A DNA stretch of 64,000 bases from a virus. The notes below the pieces were generated by a model. The model saw only the letters and a program-made list of their open reading frames with translations. It was not told the origin of the DNA and did not search any database. A program made the position numbers and the translations under genes. This document shows positions 56,555 to 63,142 of this stretch, piece after piece (within the stretch, counting starts at the first letter, position 1; every line of letters starts with the position of its first letter). Where the stretch lies: the IMG/VR virus record IMGVR_UViG_3300020474_000993; one strand, 5' to 3'.

Positions 56555-56626
56555 TAAGTCATTGATATATAAGGGAATAATAAAGTAAAATAATCCTTGA
56601 CATCTGGTTCGTACTGTGTCATGATC
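56555..56626 (+). promoter_or_regulatory. Early promoter with IHF site and GATC overlapping the -10 box, driving the large ncRNA
   Basis: TAAGTCATTGATA 56555-56567; TTGACA 56597-56602; 17 bp; TG-t-CATGAT-C. Confidence 0.8.
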
Positions 56627-56631
56627 ACTAA

Positions 56632-57030
56632 GTAATTGAGATGAGGAGAGACCATTGAGTTGACAATAGATTAAACCCCAGTTAAACCGCACCATCTCAC
56701 CGTGATTGAGGTTCAGAAAGAGTGCTATCGGGGTCGGATATGAATCACGGGGCCAATGTGAAAGGTGGCATGACCACGCTCCGCATTGACCAAGGCAGGG
56801 GGGACGCAGCCCCATCAAAAGGCGGAGAGACAACTAAAAGGAGAGTCCAGTAGCGAAATTGCAAGCCGGCAAAGATGCGTGAATGGACAGGGCAGTTCGC
56901 TGCTAACGGTGTGGTGACCTAATACACCCGCCGCTCCCCCACGGTTAGGGGAGCACCACCCAGCTCGAAGCGGCCTATGCTTTGGGATCGAGGTGGTCGC
57001 CCTTACAAGGGCATCTGGCATCCCCCCTAG
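56632..57030 (+). ncRNA. Large (~400 nt) highly structured non-coding RNA of unrecognised class
   Basis: GC-rich island without a credible ORF; at least 10 helices incl. CCGTGATT/AATCACGG, CAATGTG/CGCATTG, AGTAGCGAA/TTCGCTGCT, GCTCCCC/GGGGAGC, ACCACC/GGTGGT, GCCCTT/AAGGGC and long-range AGGGGGGA/TCCCCCCT. Confidence 0.7.
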
Positions 57031-57097
57031 TACATTGCTAAAAAAAGATTTTGCCCAGTACAGGATTGCCACACAGAATTTTTTTCGGGATATAATT

Positions 57098-57535
57098 ATG
57101 GCAGATATAATTTTTGATGTAGACGGCACTCTTATGGATATAGAACATAGGAGACAATTCGTCACACAGCGTCCCAAGGACTTTAAATCGTTTCGTGAAC
57201 ATACCCAATTCGATACAAGGAAAGAGGACATCTTTGCCATTGCGGATGCGTTACAGGCACAGGGTCATCGTATTCTTATATCTACTGGTCGTATTAAATC
57301 AGAACATGATATCACCGTTAAACAGATACGAGATGGCGGTATAGACTTTGAAGCAATATACATGCGTTCTGATACAGACTACCGTCCCGATGATGAATTA
57401 AAAGAAGGATACCTAGAGAAGATGCGTAGAGATGGTTACAATCCTACTATGGCATTTGATGACCGTCAGCGTGTTGTAGATATGTTTCGTTCTAAGGGAT
57501 TAACAGTATTTCAAGTGGCAGAAGGAGATTTTTAA
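57098..57535 (+). CDS. HAD phosphatase resembling the 3'-phosphatase domain of polynucleotide kinase (PseT-C)
   Basis: IFDVDGTL, STGR, MR...DYRPDDELK, FDDRQRVVDMFR.KGL.VFQVA.GDF. Confidence 0.85.
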   Translation: MADIIFDVDGTLMDIEHRRQFVTQRPKDFKSFREHTQFDTRKEDIFAIADALQAQGHRILISTGRIKSEHDITVKQIRDGGIDFEAIYMRSDTDYRPDDELKEGYLEKMRRDGYNPTMAFDDRQRVVDMFRSKGLTVFQVAEGDF

Positions 57536-57720
57536 TGTATACATACTTAAAAGAAATCACAGAGTGGGATGAACCTATACCCAATCACACATATATATTT
57601 AATGAAAAGAATCAGAATGTCGGTTATATAAAGACTGGCACTACTGAGTCTATATTCTATGCGAAACCTTCTACATTGTTTAGTAAGTCGCGTAGGAAGT
57701 TTATTACTCTTAAACGGTGA
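57535..57720 (+). CDS. Hypothetical protein
   Basis: LKEITEW...PNHTY...GYIK...FSKSRRKF. Confidence 0.6.
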   Translation: MYTYLKEITEWDEPIPNHTYIFNEKNQNVGYIKTGTTESIFYAKPSTLFSKSRRKFITLKR

Positions 57721-57872
57721 AATATGAATGAAACAAAAAACAGTAAATATCCTAGTACAAACAATCTTTTGGGGTTGCGTAATATTGGGAGCAATTTTTA
57801 TTACAGTGCCAGTGCATTAGCATTCCTTACTTGGGCATTATATGATAGTCTTTATATGATGGTACTAGAGGT

Positions 57873-58658
57873 TTGGTGTGTAGCATATGGAATTCTTATG
57901 TAATGGGAGTTTATGGTGGGCATCAACCGAAAGAGATATCTTTTGAACTGACAAAGAATCAGCGGAAAGGTCAACTTTGGGTATATGGAGATTCATTCGC
58001 AGCTCAACCAGCACCTTGGTTGGATATCGTTGCAAAAGATTTAAATCTAACTCAAGCAAATCATGCGTGGCCTGGTTCTTCACTGGAATACACCAGCGTA
58101 CAAATCAACAAAACAATGGATTTGTGGGAAAAACAGGATGTCGTTATTGTTTGTCTTACTGAGGTATTGCGTATATGGGAAAGATGGGAACATAAAGACC
58201 ACGGTACTAAACATTTCAGAGGACAACATGTACCCGAATCTGCAATTCTTGATATGAAAGACAGCAAGGGTTCCAAGGGTCTTGAGAATCTACCTCTTCA
58301 ACCTACCATACAGATTAACACTGCACTACGCAATCATCTCATAAGAGTTTTATCCTATGCGAATGTGCGTGCCGTGGTGGTGCTTGATGGGTTTAAGAAC
58401 AAGGCAAACAGTTCCATGACTATTCCGAGCAATCTAATCTATAGTGAAGAGGGATATCTCATGGAGGTTAGTATCAAGGAACCAGAGGGTTGGTACAATT
58501 TCAGCACATTCGGGCCAGACTGGCGTAAGAATCACCTATCGGAAGTTAACCACCCTATCCTAGCGGAAAAGGTAGTAACAGGAGTACTGGAAAAATCGTC
58601 CGTAAACCTTACCTTCGGTTTTGAAAAAGATATATTTAGGGTCGGTGAGGAAAAATAG
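57873..58658 (+). CDS. SGNH/GDSL-like hypothetical protein (start uncertain)
   Basis: WVYGDSFA; NHA.PGSS; C-terminal NHLSEVNH. Confidence 0.6.
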   Translation: MVCSIWNSYVMGVYGGHQPKEISFELTKNQRKGQLWVYGDSFAAQPAPWLDIVAKDLNLTQANHAWPGSSLEYTSVQINKTMDLWEKQDVVIVCLTEVLRIWERWEHKDHGTKHFRGQHVPESAILDMKDSKGSKGLENLPLQPTIQINTALRNHLIRVLSYANVRAVVVLDGFKNKANSSMTIPSNLIYSEEGYLMEVSIKEPEGWYNFSTFGPDWRKNHLSEVNHPILAEKVVTGVLEKSSVNLTFGFEKDIFRVGEEK

Positions 58659-59684
58659 GTGGATTATCAGATTGATGGTATAGACGGGCTTGGCGTTAAG
58701 GGGGAACTATGGGGTATAATTGTTTCGGGGAAGTTTAAAGAACATGATTTATTAGTCTATAACGCATACGAAGCAGAACTGGGCCCAGAAACCGATTACT
58801 ATGAGATGGGTAAGTATGTCAAAAGTTATACAGAGATTACTGGCGCATCCAATCTAAATCGTTTCATACCTAGACTAGATAATGTACATATAATTTCATG
58901 GCCATATCACTGGTTAAATGATACAATATGTCGATACGGTTCAAAGGGTGACCAGATTGACCTTAATTATTTCAAAGAGATTAACGCATATCCACCACCA
59001 AAACATCTATTTACCAGTATGATACGACAACCAAAACCCCATCGTGAAATGCTTTGGGATTTATTAAAGAGTCGGGACATGGTAAACGAGTTTTGTAGTT
59101 ACGCACCAGAGGGTGTACACATTGATTTGAAAGAACAAAAATCTGAGGGTCAGATTTTCTTTCACAATGATGACGAGGATATACAGGCAAGAACGCATAT
59201 GCCTCCGACTTGGTATAAAGATGTATTATTCGATGTTATCTGTGAAACACATCATGAAGATAATATGATGTTCTTCACCGAAAAGACTTGGAAGGCATTT
59301 CTTGGTATGAAGTATCCGCTTATTCTAGGTGCGAAAGGTATACATGCACATTTGGAAAAGTTGGGATTTAGATTTCCGTGGAATCTACCATATCGATTCG
59401 ATGGAGAACCTCACATATACAATAGGGCAAAACAACTAGTGCTTACTCTGGAGTATGTACAGGAGGCAACGGTGAAAAGGGTATCGCAATTTGGAAAAGA
59501 GGCCACCGTTGGGGATTTATATAAGGAATGGTATAATGACTTACTATGGAATCAGCGATTAGCACTCAATTTATGTGCTGAGAACCCCCCAGATTGCTTC
59601 GGATCAGTCCCATGTCCGCCAGAATGGTATCGACATTGGTTATTTTCGAGTTCAATAGCGACAAATACAACAGCAAATTTATAA
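58659..59684 (+). CDS. Hypothetical glycosyltransferase-like protein
   Basis: R.PKPHR; FDVICET...FFTEKTWK...P.ILG...LEKLGF pattern. Confidence 0.45.
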   Translation: MDYQIDGIDGLGVKGELWGIIVSGKFKEHDLLVYNAYEAELGPETDYYEMGKYVKSYTEITGASNLNRFIPRLDNVHIISWPYHWLNDTICRYGSKGDQIDLNYFKEINAYPPPKHLFTSMIRQPKPHREMLWDLLKSRDMVNEFCSYAPEGVHIDLKEQKSEGQIFFHNDDEDIQARTHMPPTWYKDVLFDVICETHHEDNMMFFTEKTWKAFLGMKYPLILGAKGIHAHLEKLGFRFPWNLPYRFDGEPHIYNRAKQLVLTLEYVQEATVKRVSQFGKEATVGDLYKEWYNDLLWNQRLALNLCAENPPDCFGSVPCPPEWYRHWLFSSSIATNTTANL

Positions 59685-59715
59685 AAAAATTCAATTATTT
59701 TGCTTTATCTAGGAA

Positions 59716-59777
59716 TATCAATGGCTTACAGAGGCAGCTTTTTCTTGACATTTGCTTCAAATTATGGGATCATGATC
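59716..59777 (+). promoter_or_regulatory. Early promoter with IHF site and GATC in the -10 box
   Basis: TATCAATGGCTTA 59716-59728; TTGACA 59745-59750; 17 bp; TG-g-GATCAT-GATC. Confidence 0.85.
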
Positions 59778-59806
59778 CTGTAATCAATTGAGAGAGGTCT
59801 AAAACC

Positions 59807-60169
59807 ATGGCGTATGTATCCCAAGAAAAGAAAAAAGAACTTGCGGTTGGAATCAAATCGGTACTGAAAAAGTACGGTATGAAAGGTTCTATCGCGGTTA
59901 ACAATCATTCCACATTAGTGGTCAATCTGAAGTCTGGCCCCATCAACTTCAAGGCGCAAAACGAACATTATCAAGTTAATCCTTACCATGTCGAGTCACA
60001 ATGGACTGGCGTTGCTAAGGAGTTTCTGCTTGAGTTGTTGGAAGCGATGAAGGGTGAAGGTACTGGATGGTTCGATAAGTCGGACATCATGACTGACTAC
60101 TTCCACACTGCTTGGTACAATGATATCAACATTGGAAAGTGGAACAAAACCTACGAACTAACTGTTTAA
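59807..60169 (+). CDS. Conserved early phage protein
   Basis: MAYVSQEKKKEL...KYGMKGSI...WFDKSDIMTDYFHTAWY.DINIGKW. Confidence 0.75.
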   Translation: MAYVSQEKKKELAVGIKSVLKKYGMKGSIAVNNHSTLVVNLKSGPINFKAQNEHYQVNPYHVESQWTGVAKEFLLELLEAMKGEGTGWFDKSDIMTDYFHTAWYNDINIGKWNKTYELTV

Positions 60170-60187
60170 CTTTGAGAGAGTAATATT

Positions 60188-60451
60188 ATGAGTGTAGAAA
60201 CTATCAAGAAAGAAATGCTGACCATGAGTCAAGAAGAGTTGAGTATGATTATTCATTATGCCCAACGCATCAAAACGGTATCCGCGACTGCCACCTTTTC
60301 GGTGGGTCAAAAGGTTACCGTCATTCAGAAAACCAAACGCCGTGAGGGTGTCATTCTCAAGATGAACACCAAGAAGGCTCTTGTCGAGATGCCTTGGCAA
60401 GGTCGAATCGCTTCGGTTTCTGTTCCCTATTCTATGTTGGAGGCTGCGTAA
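60188..60451 (+). CDS. Early hypothetical protein (SH3-like C-terminus)
   Basis: FSVGQKV...GVILKMNTKKALV...VPYSMLE. Confidence 0.7.
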   Translation: MSVETIKKEMLTMSQEELSMIIHYAQRIKTVSATATFSVGQKVTVIQKTKRREGVILKMNTKKALVEMPWQGRIASVSVPYSMLEAA

Positions 60452-60702
60452 TGATACGAGTGAAAAATCAAAATCGTAAACAGGTCATTGACCTTGATGG
60501 GTCTGACGGCAATGCTTTCGTTTTAATGGGCATTGCCCGTAGCGTATTGCGAAAAGGTGGTTCCAATGAATATTGTGAATTGGTTCTTAAAGAGATGCAA
60601 TCAAGTGACTACAATAACCTAGTCAAAACTTTTGACAAGTATCTTGGTGAGTACTTCACCCTCGAAACCTCAAATGAGGAACTACTAGAGGCGATTGCTT
60701 AA
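60451..60702 (+). CDS. Conserved hypothetical protein
   Basis: IDLDGSDGNAFVLMG...EMQSSDYNNLV.TFD. Confidence 0.7.
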   Translation: MIRVKNQNRKQVIDLDGSDGNAFVLMGIARSVLRKGGSNEYCELVLKEMQSSDYNNLVKTFDKYLGEYFTLETSNEELLEAIA

Positions 60703-60823
60703 TGAGTTGTCATTTTACTGAAGCATTTCTGGAACGGTACTATGAGGAAGGCCTTGAAATGGGCATGACCGATGAACAGGCCTCCGAGTATGCAAACAAA
60801 ATGCTAGAGGAGGCGCCTCAACC

Positions 60824-61315
60824 TTGAGTCTGGTTCTTCGCGTGACAGGTGGAAACAAATTCCAAAAACAACTAGTGTTTGGTACGGTGCAATTTTGTAT
60901 GCACCGTCTTCTACCTAATGTGCGTAAACTAGATATTAATGTACATATCCGAAACTTCAAAGAAGATTCAAACATTGGATACTGTACCGATGATTCATCT
61001 GATGCCACTGACTTTGTTGGCAAATCACCTAGACGATTTCAGATTGAAATATCAAAAGACTTGAACTTGACAGATTTTATTAAGTGTGTCTTACATGAGT
61101 TTGTCCATCTCAAGCAGTTTGTACTTAGAGAGATGGTCGAATTAGATAGACAACGAACACGATGGAAAAGTAAGGTCATACCAGATACTACAAAATACTA
61201 TGACCAGCCTTGGGAGAAAGAGGCGTATCGACTTGAATCACAATTACTCTGGGAGTGCCTAGAGAATCAAGAATTTTTAACGAATAATATTAATGTAAAT
61301 GGAGTGAGAATATGA
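60824..61315 (+). CDS. HExxH metallopeptidase-like protein
   Basis: VLHEFVHLKQ...YYDQPWEKEAY. Confidence 0.75.
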   Translation: MSLVLRVTGGNKFQKQLVFGTVQFCMHRLLPNVRKLDINVHIRNFKEDSNIGYCTDDSSDATDFVGKSPRRFQIEISKDLNLTDFIKCVLHEFVHLKQFVLREMVELDRQRTRWKSKVIPDTTKYYDQPWEKEAYRLESQLLWECLENQEFLTNNINVNGVRI

Positions 61316-61470
61316 TTAGATGGTGTGTAGGATTCTTTTTAGTACTTGGTAGTGTTGGTGGTTTGGAAAATATGACCATGACTGTTACTGAGACTTTGGC
61401 GTTTGCCTTTATGGGGCTTGCGTTGATGGGTTGGGCGACTGCCGATTTCAATAAGCAATATGGCGAGTAA
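61312..61470 (+). CDS. 52-aa two-TM protein (translated by hand)
   Basis: MIRWCVGFFLVLGSVGGLE...LAFAFMGLALMGWA; ATGA overlap. Confidence 0.55.
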   Translation: MIRWCVGFFLVLGSVGGLENMTMTVTETLAFAFMGLALMGWATADFNKQYGE

Positions 61471-61473
61471 TTA

Positions 61474-61806
61474 ATGGGTATGATGCACATGGGTGGCAGT
61501 CTTCGATATGATATGTCTGGTCGTAAACGCAAGGCGTACAAGAAGAACAACCCAAAATCGAAAAACACTTTCGTGACAAAGACTATGCAACCCCTAAAGA
61601 TTGACCGTAGTCGCATTGAGGCAATGGAGGCGCATCGTAAGAAGTATCCTTCATTAGATACCTTGGGTGGTGGCAGTGGCACTAAGAATGACAAGTGGAT
61701 ACGAGAGAAACAAGAAATCTCATCTGGTTACACGGTTGCACCAGCATACAATAAAGGTGCCTACCAAGTAATCGGCAAATCCAATATAAAAGACATTGGA
61801 AAATAA
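61474..61806 (+). CDS. Conserved basic phage protein
   Basis: YPSL...YTVAPAYNKGAYQVI...IKDIGK. Confidence 0.7.
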   Translation: MGMMHMGGSLRYDMSGRKRKAYKKNNPKSKNTFVTKTMQPLKIDRSRIEAMEAHRKKYPSLDTLGGGSGTKNDKWIREKQEISSGYTVAPAYNKGAYQVIGKSNIKDIGK

Positions 61807-61819
61807 TTGAAAAAAACAC

Positions 61820-61869
61820 TTGACATTTGCAAAAAAGATCAGTATAATAGTTGTTAATGGTTATAAATA
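61820..61869 (+). promoter_or_regulatory. Tandem sigma70 and late promoters upstream of the tRNA
   Basis: TTGACA 61820-61825, 17 bp (GATC at 61837-61840), TATAAT 61843-61848; TATAAATA 61862-61869. Confidence 0.8.
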
Positions 61870-61874
61870 AGCAT

Positions 61875-61944
61875 GCGGTGGACGGTATTCGTACAATCCG
61901 TTTCCAACGGACAAGGTTAGGTGAGACTCCTAGACGCCGCTCCA
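61875..61944 (+). tRNA. Non-canonical tRNA-Gly(UCC), 70 nt, encoded CCA
   Basis: GCGGTG/CGCCGC acceptor with U73-CCA; anticodon arm TCCG-TTTCCAA-CGGA; mini D-arm GTA-TTCG-TAC; T-arm TTAGG-TGAGACT-CCTAG. Confidence 0.8.
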
Positions 61945-61949
61945 ATTAT

Positions 61950-62205
61950 ACAGTTGTAGTCCTAGGCAAAGACTCCATCCTGTCACAAGTTAAACTGCCT
62001 CGACTGAATGACGGTACTATAAGTACAATGCAGAGTAGGTCGTTAAACCATAAGGAGCCCTGAGCAGTGGCGCTAGGTAACACACAGACCGAAAAAGGCT
62101 CAGTCCATCGACTACAGAGGTCAGTGATGCCCTCGCATACAAAGATGGACGCAAGGGAGCTGGGCACCTCTCTGTATTTAAACTGCCCACTATTAATGGA
62201 GTTGT
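61950..62205 (+). ncRNA. Candidate ~250-nt structured RNA or riboswitch-like leader
   Basis: CTGAGC/GCTCAG, GTCCATC/GATGGAC and TGGGCA/TGCCCA hairpins; loop-loop TACAGAG/CTCTGTA; ACTCCAT/ATGGAGT covers the RBS of the next gene. Confidence 0.55.
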
Positions 62206-62208
62206 ACA

Positions 62209-62352
62209 ATGAAATACATTAGTATTTTTATCGTGTGTTTAATGATTTCGGCATGTTCTAGTAGGATAACACTTACCGCTGACACTGCCAAAGGTCAAGA
62301 TTTGGATGTCACAATCAGAACATCTCAATCAGGCACACCGACAGTAGATTGA
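62209..62352 (+). CDS. 47-aa lipoprotein (translated by hand)
   Basis: GGAG RBS; MKYISIFIVCLMISAC-SS lipobox. Confidence 0.65.
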   Translation: MKYISIFIVCLMISACSSRITLTADTAKGQDLDVTIRTSQSGTPTVD

Positions 62353-62425
62353 AAAGTTATAGAGAAAGATAATAAAGTCTGTCTGTCATATGCACCGAAC
62401 TTTTGTTACGATGCATCGAAATAGA

Positions 62426-62789
62426 ATTTGTGGGTGGTTAACATTTGTTAACTTTTATTTGAAAGAAAACGGAGTATAGTATGAAAAAAACTTCACAAGC
62501 AACAAAGGTAATTTCTGCCTTAGAGTCTACAGACAATGGTCTTACGGCTAATGAAATGAAAAATAGGTTTGGCGTAGTTAATGCGAGAGCATTAGTGACA
62601 CACCTTCGACAGAACGGTTTCGCCATTTATTTAAACAAAACCCCAAAGTACACTGACCGTAATGGTAATGTACGCAAAGGTGTCTCACGATATCGTTTGG
62701 GCACACCGTCTAGGGCAATTATTGCTGCTGGATACAAAGCTCTGGCTGCATCTAGCTAGAGTTAATTGAACCGTTAACTACCCACAAAT
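62426..62789. repeat. 17-bp inverted repeat pair flanking the 62481 gene
   Basis: ATTTGTGGGTGGTTAAC (62426-62442) and GTTAACTACCCACAAAT (62773-62789); 1 mismatch that is G-U in + strand RNA. Confidence 0.75.
62481..62759 (+). CDS. Winged-HTH DNA-binding protein
   Basis: LTANEMKNRFGV.NARALVTHLRQNGFAIYLN...YRLGTPSR. Confidence 0.75.
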   Translation: MKKTSQATKVISALESTDNGLTANEMKNRFGVVNARALVTHLRQNGFAIYLNKTPKYTDRNGNVRKGVSRYRLGTPSRAIIAAGYKALAASS

Positions 62790-62795
62790 ATTCGG

Positions 62796-62828
62796 AAAAA
62801 GGGGCGTCTTGCGATGCCCCTTTTTTTT
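62796..62828. terminator. Bidirectional intrinsic terminator between convergent genes
   Basis: AAAAA-GGGGCGTC-loop-GATGCCCC-TTTTTTTT. Confidence 0.85.
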
Positions 62829-62831
62829 AGC

Positions 62832-63002
62832 TTACACGCTCCACTTAGAACCGCGATAGATTCCAGATGTAGCAGGAATCCATTGCTCTCTTAGAGTGGG
62901 ATTATGTTTGACGCCACGATATAACATCTCTTGAGACTCAATTGTCTTATGAGTTATAGTTCCGTTATATTTAACGCCTCTGTAGTTTAGCTGTGTAGTC
63001 AT
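62832..63002 (-). CDS. DUF4278-like YRG-repeat peptide (56 aa, translated by hand)
   Basis: MTTQLNYRGVKYNG...MLYRGVKHNP...GIYRGSKWSV; AGGAGG RBS. Confidence 0.8.
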   Translation of the reverse strand: MTTQLNYRGVKYNGTITHKTIESQEMLYRGVKHNPTLREQWIPATSGIYRGSKWSV

Positions 63003-63024
63003 TTAACACCTCCTGTATTAAGAG

Positions 63025-63088
63025 ATGCGTTCCTTCGGCGGAATTGCCTACTTCCGTCCACCGCTACATTTAGGGTGGATGAACGAAT
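63025..63088 (-). ncRNA. Glutamine riboswitch (glnA motif)
   Basis: - strand ATTCGTTCATCCACC...GGTGGACGGAAGTAGGC...GCCGAAGGAACGCAT matches the CGUUCA..GACGGAAGUAGG..CCGAAGGAACG core. Confidence 0.85.
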
Positions 63089-63134
63089 GTAGTCTTTTCA
63101 CCCATGACTTATGGAGTACCGATTGGTACAGTAT

Positions 63135-63142
63135 TATTTATA
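63135..63142 (-). promoter_or_regulatory. T4-type late promoter driving the riboswitch transcript
   Basis: TATAAATA on the - strand. Confidence 0.7.

Noticed and set aside
56632-57030. RNase P RNA, tmRNA or group I/II intron identity for the large RNA
   Set aside because: No GAGGAAAGUCC P4 motif, no tRNA-Ala-like ends or tag ORF, no domain V or ordered P7 elements, and no interrupted host gene.
56110-57240. Three minus-strand ORFs (56110-56472, 56432-56833, 56815-57240) and the 56993-57097 N-terminal extension of the HAD gene
   Set aside because: Atypical composition and no recognisable motifs; they are explained by the local GC-rich structured RNA. HAD motif I begins just after ATG 57098.
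61945-62205. tRNA-associated HDV-like (theta) ribozyme, group I intron or cobalamin riboswitch
   Set aside because: I could not build the P1-P2-P3-P1.1-P4 order. GACTA/TAGTC are in the wrong order for P7, and there is no B12 box.
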